This document shows positions 1 to 8,511 of a stretch of 64,000 nt of DNA, in pieces. Every line of letters begins with the position of its first letter. Position 1 is the stretch's first letter. Under the pieces are notes generated by a model. That model searched no databases and was not told the origin of the DNA. It was given only the letters and a program-made list of their open reading frames with translations. Both the position numbers and the translations under genes were made by a program. The stretch is from NCBI GenBank assembly GCA_044220955.1, contig JBGAQA010000006.1, forward strand, positions 32,001 to 96,000, read 5' to 3'. Source of the DNA: Sandaracinaceae bacterium (lineage in GTDB: Bacteria > Myxococcota_A > Polyangia > Polyangiales > Sandaracinaceae).

Positions 1-2
1 GC

Positions 3-1610
3 GGCGCGCGCGTGTTCGCCAGGACCGGCTCGAGCTGGGCCGAGCAGGCGTTCTTGCGGCCCGCGGACGGAGTGCTGACGGTCGCCCTCTCCTCGGACGG
101 TCTGCGCGTGGTGACGGGCGCGTGGGCAGCCACCGTCGCGGGCCGCCAGCAGGCGGGGAGCGCCGCGCTCTTCCACCGCGTCGGCACGTCGTGGATCGCG
201 GGCCCCGTCGTCACGGCGCCCGACGGCGCGTCGTACGACGCGTTCGCGTCGCACGTCGCCCTGTCGGCGGACGGCACGCGCGCGGCGTTCGCGGTCCCGC
301 AGGACGACACGGGCCCGGGGCTCTTCGACGCCGGGAGCGTCCGCGTCTTCTCCGTCACGCTCGCGGCGGTCGGCGATCGATGCGCCGTCGGGGGCGCCTG
401 CGCGACGGGCTTCTGCGTCGACGGGGTGTGCTGCGCGACCTCGTGCGGTGGCGGGGCTCCGAGCGACTGCGCGGCGTGCAGTGCCGCGCTCACCGGGGGC
501 GCCGACGGAACGTGTGCCCCGCTCGCGCCGGTGTCCGCCGCGGGCGTGACGTGCCGCCCGGCGGCGGCCGCGTGCGACGCGCCGGAGACGTGCAGCCCGT
601 CCAGCATGCTCTGTCCTCCGGACGTGGTCGCGAGCGTGGGCACGTCGTGCCGGCCGGTGCTCGGCGTGTGCGACGCGCCCGAGACCTGCGACGGCGTGAG
701 CGCCACGTGCCCCGCCGACACGTTCGCGAGCGCCAGCGTGGTCTGCCGCCCGGCCGTGTCGGTGTGCGACGTGGCCGAGCAGTGCTCCGGGACGAGCCGA
801 TCCTGTCCGCCGAACGTCGTGGGGCCGGCGGGCACGGTCTGTCGTCCGGCGACGGGCGTGTGCGACGCCGACGAGATCTGCGACGGAGCGTCACCGGCGT
901 GTCCCGGCGATCGGCTGCAGCCCCCGGGCAACGTCTGCCGGGGGGCCGCGGGACCCTGCGACGAGAGCGAGGTCTGCGACGGTACGTCCGCCTCGTGCCC
1001 CGACGATCGCGTCCAGGAGGTCGGTGTGGTCTGTCTCGCCGGGAGCGCGACCAACCCGTGCGACGTGGCCGACGTCTGCGACGGCAGCGCCGTGGAGTGC
1101 CGCCCGCGCTTCGCACCCCGCACCACGGTCTGCGCGCCAGCGGGGTCCGGGCCGTGCGACGCGCCCGACCACTGTGCGGGCGTGAGCGCCGACTGCATCG
1201 CCGAGTACGTCGTCGGTGCCGAGTGCCGCCCGGCCGGCGGCGCCTGCGATCGCCGCGAGGTGTGCTCGGGCAGCAGCCCCGACTGCCCGCCCGATCTCGT
1301 CGCGACCGCGGGCGCCTCGTGCCGCACGTCGACGGATCCGTCGTGCGATCCGGAGGAGACCTGCGATGGCACCGCGTCGTCGTGCCCCGCGGATCAGAGC
1401 ACGTGCATGCCGAGGCCGGATGCCGGGGGCGAGGACGCCGCGACGCGCGATGCGGGGCCGAGCGATGCGTCGACGGCCGCAGACGCCGGGCGCCCACCTC
1501 CGTCCGCGGGGTGTGCCTGTGTCGTCGCCTCGTCGTCGCGTCGTGCGCCAGGTGTCGTCGCCGGGCTGCTGGTGGGTCTGCTCTCGCTGCGACGTCGTCG
1601 TCGAGCGTAG
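3..1610 (+). CDS. Surface protein: FG-GAP-like propeller repeats + Cys-rich disintegrin-like repeats + MYXO-CTERM tail (5' partial)
   Basis: Frame is open from the window edge. 'DAFASHVALSADG..AGSVRVF' FG-GAP motifs; ~9 'CRPAxGxCDxxExCDG' repeats; C-terminal 'GCAC..hydrophobic..RRRRR'. Confidence 0.8.
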   Translation, partial: GARVFARTGSSWAEQAFLRPADGVLTVALSSDGLRVVTGAWAATVAGRQQAGSAALFHRVGTSWIAGPVVTAPDGASYDAFASHVALSADGTRAAFAVPQDDTGPGLFDAGSVRVFSVTLAAVGDRCAVGGACATGFCVDGVCCATSCGGGAPSDCAACSAALTGGADGTCAPLAPVSAAGVTCRPAAAACDAPETCSPSSMLCPPDVVASVGTSCRPVLGVCDAPETCDGVSATCPADTFASASVVCRPAVSVCDVAEQCSGTSRSCPPNVVGPAGTVCRPATGVCDADEICDGASPACPGDRLQPPGNVCRGAAGPCDESEVCDGTSASCPDDRVQEVGVVCLAGSATNPCDVADVCDGSAVECRPRFAPRTTVCAPAGSGPCDAPDHCAGVSADCIAEYVVGAECRPAGGACDRREVCSGSSPDCPPDLVATAGASCRTSTDPSCDPEETCDGTASSCPADQSTCMPRPDAGGEDAATRDAGPSDASTAADAGRPPPSAGCACVVASSSRRAPGVVAGLLVGLLSLRRRRRA

Positions 1611-1623
1611 CGGGGCCGGCCGG

Positions 1624-2592
1624 TCAGAACACGACGTCGCAGCGCACACCGACGTCGGCGAACGAGGTACAGCGCAGATCGCCCGCCTGCCGCTCGGTCG
1701 GTGCGCTCGGCGCTCCCAGGATGAGCCCGAGCCCCGTGGCGATCAGGGCGCCACCGGCCGCGTACCCGACGACCACGAACGGGAGCGAGAGGCGGTAGCG
1801 GTTCTGGAGATCGAAGCAGGTCGGGGCGTTGCCGGGGAGGACGTTGTCGGTGGCGGCGTCGACCGTGCACGAGCCGGCGTCGATGTTCGCGTTGAGCGTG
1901 CCCACCGCGCTCGCCCAGATACCCGTCGCGACGGCGCCGCCGGCGGCGAACGCGAGCCCGGTGATCAAGCTCGCCCAGCCGACGTCCCGATAGGTCCCGC
2001 CGGGATCGGGCTGCGGCGCGGCGCCGCCGCCTCCGCCGTCGGACGCATGGCGCACGAGCGCGAGCTCGATCGTCTCGTTCTCGCCGCCCTGGACGCTCAC
2101 GCGCCGCGTGATCGCGTCGTAGCCCTCGGCGCGCGCCACGATCTCGTGGTCGCCGAGGTCGAGGTCGACGGTCTGGCCCGTCGCGGGCGCGCCGTCGACG
2201 TCCACCGACGCGCCGTCGACACTCGCGTGGATGGTGAAGTGCCCCACGAACGCGCGGGCACGGGCGAGCAGCCCCGTGACCTCCGCGCGCATGTCGTCGG
2301 TCAGCGGCGAGCGCTCGTCGGCCAGCGACGCCTCGAGCCAGCGGATGCACTCGCGGTACCGGCGCAGCTCGAACGCGGTCTTGCCGAGGGCGCGCTCGCT
2401 GCGCGCCGTGGGCTGCAGCTCGTGGACGCGGGCGAAGAGCGCGTAGGCCTCCTCGTAGTTGTGCGCGTCGTACTCGCCGACGGCGGCCGCGAGCAGCGCG
2501 TGAACGTCGTCGTCCTGGGCGGACGCGATCGCCGCCGGCAGCGCCAGCGAGAGAGCGAGACCCAGCAGGAGGCGAGCCATGACGTCGAGCAT
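1624..2592 (-). CDS. TPR + PEGA domain protein with C-terminal hydrophobic helices
   Basis: Real gene is the 3' part of ORF 1624..3885. Signal peptide MLDVMARLLLGLALSLALPAAIASAQ; TPR 'YEEAYALFARVHEL..ALGKTAFELRRY'; PEGA 'GASVDVDG..LDLGDHEIVARAEGY'. Alternative start at 2580. Confidence 0.8.
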   Translation of the reverse strand: MLDVMARLLLGLALSLALPAAIASAQDDDVHALLAAAVGEYDAHNYEEAYALFARVHELQPTARSERALGKTAFELRRYRECIRWLEASLADERSPLTDDMRAEVTGLLARARAFVGHFTIHASVDGASVDVDGAPATGQTVDLDLGDHEIVARAEGYDAITRRVSVQGGENETIELALVRHASDGGGGGAAPQPDPGGTYRDVGWASLITGLAFAAGGAVATGIWASAVGTLNANIDAGSCTVDAATDNVLPGNAPTCFDLQNRYRLSLPFVVVGYAAGGALIATGLGLILGAPSAPTERQAGDLRCTSFADVGVRCDVVF

Positions 2593-2600
2593 ACGCGTCC

Positions 2601-4154
2601 TCAGAAGTCGTCGAGCGACACACCACCGGCCCGGTGCGTGCTCGCCCCGGTCGTCGCGACGGTCGTGGGCGGGGGTGGGGCGCTCACGTGCGCTGGCGTG
2701 GTGTCGGCGGAGGCGCCGCCGCGATCGTGTCGCCGGCCGTCGTGCCTCGCGCCATCGTCCGCATGACCAGGCCGCGCGTCGCCTGTCTCGGGCTGGGTGT
2801 CCGGTGCCGCCGCGGCCACCGTCGCCGGGACGGTGCTCGCCGGGACGGTGCTCGCCGGGACGGTGCTCGCCGGGACGGTGCTCGCCGGGACGGTGCTCGC
2901 GGCGACGACGACCGCGGGCGGCACGGCCGGGGGCGCGCCCGTCGACGGCGCCGCGGCGATGCTCGTCGGCGGAGCGCCCGGCCCGCCGCTCGCGACCGTC
3001 GGCGCGCCCGAGCTCATGACGGCTGCGGTCGCGGCGGCCGCGACGGCCACGACGCCGAGCGCGACCAGCGAGGCCCAGAGCCACGGCCGCGCCGCGCCGC
3101 TCGCCGCCGGCACCGCGCTCGTGGTCGCGAAGGGCGTCGCGGTGATCGCCGCGCTCCGCGTGGCGGCCGGGGACGGTGGCGCGACCGGCCCGGTCACCTG
3201 TCGCGGGCTCGGGGCCATCATCGTGGCCAGCATCGAGTGCTCGGGATCGCCGTGTCCCGGGCGAGTCGAGGACGGCTTGGGCTCCGAGCTCGCCCGCCGC
3301 AGCGCCTCGAAGAAGTCGGTGACGCTCTTGTAGCGGCCCTCGGGGCTGCGCGTGAGCGCCGTGTCGAGCACGTCGCTGATGGCGCCGAGCTCCGGCCGGA
3401 ACCGGCGGAGCGGGTGGACGTCGCCCGTCACGACCGAGAGCACGACCGCCGTGGCCGTGGCTTCGGGAGGGATGTCGAACGGAGGCCGCCCCGCGAGCGC
3501 CTCGTAGGTCATCACCGCGGTCGACCAGAGGTCGCTGTGCGGCCCGACGTCCTTCGTCCTTCCCATCGCCTGCTCCGGCGACATGTAGAGCGGCGTGCCC
3601 ATGACCGAGCCCGTCTGCGTCGCCGATCCGGCGCTCGCCTGCGTGAGCTTCGCGATCCCGAAGTCGAGGACCTTGGGCACCATCCGGCCGCCCGGCCCGC
3701 GGCTCAGGTACACGTTGTCGGGCTTGATGTCGCGGTGGACGATCCCGTGCGCGTGGGCCGTCGCGAGGGCCTCGCAGACCGGGCCGATGATCGAGAGCAC
3801 CTCCGCGGGGGGGAGCGAGTGCTTCTCCTCGAGGTACTGCGCGAACGACTGCCCCTCGAGGAACTCGAGGACCATGAACACGCACCCGTCCGGCGAGACG
3901 TCCACGTCGTGGACCGCGACGACGTTGGGATGCTGGAGCTTCGAGGTCGCCTGCGCCTCGCGCAGGAAACGCTCGACGACCTCCGTCGACTGCGAGAACT
4001 GGGCGTGGAGGAACTTCACCGCGACGCGGCGATCGAGGCGCAGGTGTACGCCGTCGTACACGACGCCCATGCCGCCCTCACCCAGCACGCGATCGAGCCG
4101 GTACTTGCCGTCCAGGACGGTGCCGACGCGTTCTTGGGCCGTCAGGATGGGCAT
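2601..4154 (-). CDS. Membrane Hanks-type Ser/Thr protein kinase
   Basis: GEGGMGVVY, VAVK, HRDIKPDN, DFG and GTPLYMSPEQ motifs; TM segment; low-complexity tail. Confidence 0.95.
   Translation of the reverse strand: MPILTAQERVGTVLDGKYRLDRVLGEGGMGVVYDGVHLRLDRRVAVKFLHAQFSQSTEVVERFLREAQATSKLQHPNVVAVHDVDVSPDGCVFMVLEFLEGQSFAQYLEEKHSLPPAEVLSIIGPVCEALATAHAHGIVHRDIKPDNVYLSRGPGGRMVPKVLDFGIAKLTQASAGSATQTGSVMGTPLYMSPEQAMGRTKDVGPHSDLWSTAVMTYEALAGRPPFDIPPEATATAVVLSVVTGDVHPLRRFRPELGAISDVLDTALTRSPEGRYKSVTDFFEALRRASSEPKPSSTRPGHGDPEHSMLATMMAPSPRQVTGPVAPPSPAATRSAAITATPFATTSAVPAASGAARPWLWASLVALGVVAVAAAATAAVMSSGAPTVASGGPGAPPTSIAAAPSTGAPPAVPPAVVVAASTVPASTVPASTVPASTVPASTVPATVAAAAPDTQPETGDARPGHADDGARHDGRRHDRGGASADTTPAHVSAPPPPTTVATTGASTHRAGGVSLDDF
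2822..2900. repeat. 15-bp tandem repeat x5 (TCGCCGGGACGGTGC) encoding (ASTVP)n in the kinase tail
   Basis: Read directly from the sequence. Confidence 0.95.
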
Positions 4155-4172
4155 GGCTCTAGCGACCTCACG

Positions 4173-5855
4173 CTAACACGCTTCCTTGGCTCGCCGTCGC
4201 CGCCGCCGCACGGCGACGAGGCTGCCCGCTAGCGCGAGCGCCAGCACGGAGGGGCTGCCGCCCGCGGCGCCAGCCTCGCACTTGCAGCCGCTGACGTGGT
4301 GGAGCGGCCCCGTCCCGCCGTCCATGCCGACGCCGCCGTCGCCGCCCGTCGAGCCACCGGCATCGACGCCGGAGTCGACGTCCACAGCCCCTGCATCGCA
4401 GGCCGCGGGCGTCGAGCACGTGCCCGCGCCGCAGGTCCCGCTCATCCCGCACGCCGTGCAGGACATCGTCTCGCGCGCGGCCGTGCAGGCGCCGTCCGTC
4501 GTGCCGCCGTTCGCGATGCTGCACGCGACGCAGTCGTCCGTCGCGCCGCCGCCGCACGCGCCCTCGCAGCAGACGTCGTCGACGCAGAAGCCCGAGCCGC
4601 AGCGCTCCGCGAGCGTGCACGCGTCTCCGTCCTCGAGCGGGAAGGGGAAGACACCCGCGTAGCCCAGCGTGGCGCTCGCCTTCGGGGCGCCACCGACCAC
4701 CGTCGCGCCCGAGACGGCCACGCTCGAGCCGAGCAGATCGCCCATCGTCCCGGTCGATGCGTGGTAGCGAGACGCGAGGTGCCAGCCGCCGCCCGACGCG
4801 TCGGGACGGAAGAGGTACACGCTCCCCGAGTCGCTCGTCGGATCGTCGTGGTTCGGGGCGCCGACCACGATGGCGTCGGGGCTCGCCGCCACGCTCCGTC
4901 CGAAGTGGTCGCTCGCCGCCGTGTCGGTGGCCGTGAGGGCCACCGCCGAGCCGATGTCCGGCCAGCCGGTCGACAGCGACGTGCGCACGAGCCCGTAGGC
5001 GGCGCCGCGGCTGCTCTCCTCGTCGGCGCCGATCGCCGCGACCAGGCCGTCGGTCGAGAGCGCGACCGACGTCCCGAACTTGCCCGTCGAGGGCCCGCGG
5101 ATCGGGGCGCCGAACATCCACGTCCCGCTCAGCGTGGCCGGGTAGACCGTGTTCGCCTCCGGGGCGCCGACGAGGATCGAGACGGTGCTCGCGTCCGCTG
5201 CGACCGCGACCGCTGCGCCGAAGCGCTCGCTGCCGGCGACGGCCGTCGGCGTGGTGAGCACCGGCCCGAGCATCGCTCCCGCGTCGTCGAACACGAACAC
5301 GGCACCGGCCCGGCCGCCGCCGCTGTCCGGCGCGCCGATGACGATGGCGCTCCCGGAGGCTCCACGCGACGCGATCGCGACGGCGAGCCCGAAGCGCGTC
5401 GGAGCGCCGCCGGGAGGCGCGACGCGGCTCGCCGTCCAGGGAGGCGTCCCGCCGCCGCGCGTCACGATCCACGCCTGGCCCGCCATGGACGCGTGTCCCG
5501 GGTCGCCGACGATCGCCGTCGTGCCGACGAGCGCGACGCTCGAGCCGAACATGTCTCCCGTGTTGGTGCTGCTCGGCTCGGGATCGGCCAGGGTCTGCTC
5601 GAGCTCCCACGTCGCCGCCGCGGTGCGGTGGTAGATGTAGACGGTGCCGCGGGTCGTGGCCGTGCCCGTGCCGGGCACGCCGACGAGCACGTAGCTCCCG
5701 TCGATCGCCACGGCGGCACCGCCGCGCAGCGCGCCGCCGCTCGCGGGCGCGAGCAACGCCTCTTCTCGCGCGGACGGCTGCGCGCTCGCCAGCGAGGCCG
5801 GCAGGCACGACGATGCCAAGAAGAGGGCTCCGAGGGCGCGTCGTCGTGCGTGCAT
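4173..5855 (-). CDS. Secreted FG-GAP repeat protein with Cys-rich module and MYXO-CTERM tail
   Basis: Signal peptide; repeated 'FGxSVA..IVVGAP'; 'CGSGFCVDDVCC'; 'SGCKC..LALALAGSLVAVRRRRRR'. Confidence 0.85.
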   Translation of the reverse strand: MHARRRALGALFLASSCLPASLASAQPSAREEALLAPASGGALRGGAAVAIDGSYVLVGVPGTGTATTRGTVYIYHRTAAATWELEQTLADPEPSSTNTGDMFGSSVALVGTTAIVGDPGHASMAGQAWIVTRGGGTPPWTASRVAPPGGAPTRFGLAVAIASRGASGSAIVIGAPDSGGGRAGAVFVFDDAGAMLGPVLTTPTAVAGSERFGAAVAVAADASTVSILVGAPEANTVYPATLSGTWMFGAPIRGPSTGKFGTSVALSTDGLVAAIGADEESSRGAAYGLVRTSLSTGWPDIGSAVALTATDTAASDHFGRSVAASPDAIVVGAPNHDDPTSDSGSVYLFRPDASGGGWHLASRYHASTGTMGDLLGSSVAVSGATVVGGAPKASATLGYAGVFPFPLEDGDACTLAERCGSGFCVDDVCCEGACGGGATDDCVACSIANGGTTDGACTAARETMSCTACGMSGTCGAGTCSTPAACDAGAVDVDSGVDAGGSTGGDGGVGMDGGTGPLHHVSGCKCEAGAAGGSPSVLALALAGSLVAVRRRRRRAKEAC

Positions 5856-5945
5856 CGCGGGCCCGTACGATACGCCGCCATCACACGGTCGTGCCAGGGA
5901 TCACCGTCGAAGGGCGCCACGCGGCGCAGCACCCGGGGCCACGCC

Positions 5946-5980
5946 GAACCTCCGCGCCCTTGCGCGCGCTGGAACCTGAA
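5946..5980 (-). repeat. att-like copy of the tRNA-Leu(CAG) 3' half (anticodon loop to T-loop)
   Basis: GAACCTCCGCGCCCTTGCGCGCGCTGGAACCTGAA vs 13608-13642 GAACCTCCACGCCCTTGCGAGCGCTGGAACCTGAA: 33/35 identical, same orientation. Confidence 0.9.
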
Positions 5981-6062
5981 GCGAGATTCGACGGCCTGAA
6001 CTCAATGATCTCCACGACTTGAGTCGCGTCACTGGACGTCAGAGGCCGTCAGGAACCGTCGA

Positions 6063-6085
6063 ATTCTGGGCACGGTGCCCAGAAT
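6063..6085. repeat. Perfect 11-bp inverted repeat ATTCTGGGCAC-G-GTGCCCAGAAT near the island end
   Basis: Read directly from the sequence. Confidence 0.85.
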
Positions 6086-6291
6086 GAACTCGACGCGCAC
6101 CTCGCGCGCTTCCGCGTTGAGACGGACCGCGACGCAGCGCGGCGGTCGATGTCCTCGAGTCGCACCGCGACGCCGAAGTGCGGGTCGACGCCGAAGCGAG
6201 CCGCCTGCGCATCGTCGTCGAGGACGTGTTCCCCGGCCAGCGCTACCAGGATCTCACGATCTCGGAGATACGCATCTACTGCGCCCAGTGA
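6086..6291 (+). pseudogene. Gene fragment: C-terminus of a discoidin-like / NADase-type glycan-binding domain
   Basis: Manual translation across one frameshift ends '..RLRIVVEDVFPGQRYQDLTISEIRIYCAQ*', resembling the 'EVYPGxKYxDxxISEI' motif. No start codon. Confidence 0.5.
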
Positions 6292-6398
6292 ACCGCGCGG
6301 GTGAGTACTCGAGCCGTCAGACGCACGCCGCGCAGTGCCGTCATCACCGCAACACCGCGTTCCCTTGGGCGCTGCGAGGTTGCGGAGTTGATGCCGGC

Positions 6399-6836
6399 CT
6401 ACGACCGTCCCCCGAAATCTGCACTGTGCTCGGCAGCGAGTACGCGGGCCGCCACCAGGACCAACAGGTCGCGCGCCCGTCCCGTGGCGGACGGCGTCTC
6501 CGCGATGAGCGTCTTGGCCTCCTCGAAGGTGGTCCACCGCACCGCGTCGGTCTCCTTCGGATCGGGATCTCCGACACGCGCGCCTGCGCGCATCAGCCAG
6601 AAGCGCGTGATGGATGTGGTACCAGCGAAGTCCTTAGCCAACGGGGCGATGATCGTCGCCGTGTATCCAGTCTCCTCGAGCACCTCGCGCAGCGCAGCGG
6701 CCTCAGGAGCTTCGCCGGGATCTGCGCCGCCCTTCGGGAACGTCCAGGCGTATCCGCCGAAGTTTCCTGTCGCGTGGCGCAGCAGGAACCGCCCGTGGGC
6801 GTCGATGACCACGCCGCCGCAGGCCATCTGCTTCAT
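6399..6836 (-). CDS. NUDIX hydrolase
   Basis: Nudix box 'FPKGGADPGEAPEAAALREVLEETG'; ATG at 6836 overlaps the upstream stop (ATGA). Confidence 0.92.
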   Translation of the reverse strand: MKQMACGGVVIDAHGRFLLRHATGNFGGYAWTFPKGGADPGEAPEAAALREVLEETGYTATIIAPLAKDFAGTTSITRFWLMRAGARVGDPDPKETDAVRWTTFEEAKTLIAETPSATGRARDLLVLVAARVLAAEHSADFGGRS

Positions 6837-7180
6837 CGCGCCCTCGATGACCCGCGCGTGATGCGCCGGAGGATGGACCACACGTCGAGGTAGAGGTGCG
6901 CGCGCTCGGGAGCGTGCTGTTCGACGCGGCCCTTAAAGTTCTCGTAGTCGATGTCCTTCACCGCGGCGGCCGCAGCGCTGGCGACGGCGGCCACGGGCGC
7001 GCGTGCGCGGAACGGGTAGTCGGAGCCGCCCTTCGTGGTCGGCCCGAGCTCGGGGAGGTAACGCTCGCGAAGCTTGTCGAGATCGGGGGCGGCCCGAGCG
7101 CGGACGGTGAGCATGCCCTCGGCGGCGTCGCCCGGCTTGGCGACGATGGAGAAGAAGCCGGCGGTCGTGATGAGCCACAT
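6833..7180 (-). CDS. Small conserved hypothetical protein (MWLITTAGFFSIV..DYPFRA..IDYENFK type)
   Basis: Globular composition; motif pattern recalled from phage/mobile-element hypotheticals; translationally coupled to the NUDIX gene. Confidence 0.8.
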   Translation of the reverse strand: MWLITTAGFFSIVAKPGDAAEGMLTVRARAAPDLDKLRERYLPELGPTTKGGSDYPFRARAPVAAVASAAAAAVKDIDYENFKGRVEQHAPERAHLYLDVWSILRRITRGSSRAR

Positions 7181-7222
7181 GAGTACAAGACGGCAAGGGC
7201 AGGGACGAACTGACGCTCGTCG

Positions 7223-8398
7223 TCAGAATCCCGCTCGCTGACGGTGCGCTTGCAACCCGACTGCTGACGGGCGATGGGCCGGCGCGGCGGGGAGGTCGAA
7301 CGGCGCAGCATGCAAAGCCTTGTACGACCCTTCCCGCAGTCTCGGGTGAAGCACGACGGTCCACGTGTCCGTGTCGATGGCGAGCAGTCCGCGGTCAAAC
7401 AGCGTGTGGAGGTCGGCCCGGAGCAGCATCCCGTTTGGTGCGTCGTCTCCCCCGTCCGAGGCAACGGCGACAATGTGCGCAGCCTCCAGTGCCTCGCGAC
7501 AGTCGCAGGCAGTGATCGGGCAACGGTTGTTGTAGATCTTGCCGAGCAGCGAACGAAAGGCCGGCTGCCCAGTTCGTTCGAAGATCGCTCGCAGCATTCG
7601 TTCCCGCGCGTCGGCCGCGTCAGCGGGGGCCTCCACATCGGCGGCAAGCGCATCGAGGTCGCGCTCGACCTCCTCCGCGAGGTGTTCCGCGCTCGTGGTC
7701 TTTCCGCGGAATCGGCCGAGTGCTTCGACATCGTCAGCCGCCCAGGACGCCGGCGGCGCGTACTTCATCGCGTACCAGACGAGGTCGTGCGCCTGAAGCC
7801 GGTTCACCTTCGTCCCCTGCGCGCTCGACGCTGCGGCCACCGCGTCGAGGAACGACAGGGCGTGCTCGTACGCAGCGAGCGGCTCGGCTCCCCCCGGGCC
7901 TGCCGGATAGCCAGCCAACCGGTACGCGGTTCGGTACGTGTAGTCCTTGTACGGTACCCGTGTTCGGGGATCCGTGGCCCCAGCAAGGGCCGCCACGAGG
8001 CTGAGCCGATAGCCAGGGCCTCGGTGGATCTCGCCCAGCGCCTGAAGAAGCGGATTCATCGATGCGGGCCAAGAAGCGTCAGGTGCCCACAGCGCGAGTA
8101 GAGCCGCCGACGCGCGTGCCGGATCCGCATCGATCCACTTCTTGAACAGATCGACCATCTGCCATGCGACTACCGTTCCGAGCCCGCCAGCTTTCGTGTC
8201 GGCGTGCGCGCGGAGCGCGAGGACGACCTGCTTCGCCCAGTCCGGCTTGCCGGCCACCAACGCGTCGCGCCCGAGCGCGAGCCGCGCGTACCCCCGAAGC
8301 TTCCACTCTTCCTCGTGGTCGCCGAACTCCTCCCGAAACCGCAGGCCCCAGTACGCGATCTCGTGGACGTTGTGTTCTCCGATCGGGAGCTTGGACAT
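7223..8398 (-). CDS. HNH endonuclease with a ~240-aa helical N-terminal domain (candidate restriction nuclease)
   Basis: C-terminal 'RTGQPAFR..YNNRCPIT..LEAAHI..NGMLLRADLHTLFDRGL' is HNH_2-type. Confidence 0.9.
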   Translation of the reverse strand: MSKLPIGEHNVHEIAYWGLRFREEFGDHEEEWKLRGYARLALGRDALVAGKPDWAKQVVLALRAHADTKAGGLGTVVAWQMVDLFKKWIDADPARASAALLALWAPDASWPASMNPLLQALGEIHRGPGYRLSLVAALAGATDPRTRVPYKDYTYRTAYRLAGYPAGPGGAEPLAAYEHALSFLDAVAAASSAQGTKVNRLQAHDLVWYAMKYAPPASWAADDVEALGRFRGKTTSAEHLAEEVERDLDALAADVEAPADAADARERMLRAIFERTGQPAFRSLLGKIYNNRCPITACDCREALEAAHIVAVASDGGDDAPNGMLLRADLHTLFDRGLLAIDTDTWTVVLHPRLREGSYKALHAAPFDLPAAPAHRPSAVGLQAHRQRAGF

Positions 8399-8511
8399 CG
8401 CGCCACAATATCGTGCTTCGCGACCAACGAGAAGCAGGTCCGTGCCGCGAAAATGGGCCGATTCCGCCTATCAGATGAATCCGTGCCCAGATCGGTCCGC
8501 CGCGGCGTGGG

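Noticed and set aside
2822..2900. Tandem repeats (here and at 43238-43309) as possible CRISPR arrays
   Set aside because: No spacers, in-frame coding repeats, and no cas genes in the window.
5880..5900. TGGCAC motifs on the minus strand (here and near 51400) as sigma54 promoters
   Set aside because: The -12 TTGC element is missing or mis-spaced.
5946..5980. Possible additional tRNA gene
   Set aside because: Only the anticodon loop to T-loop is present; no D-arm or acceptor stem.
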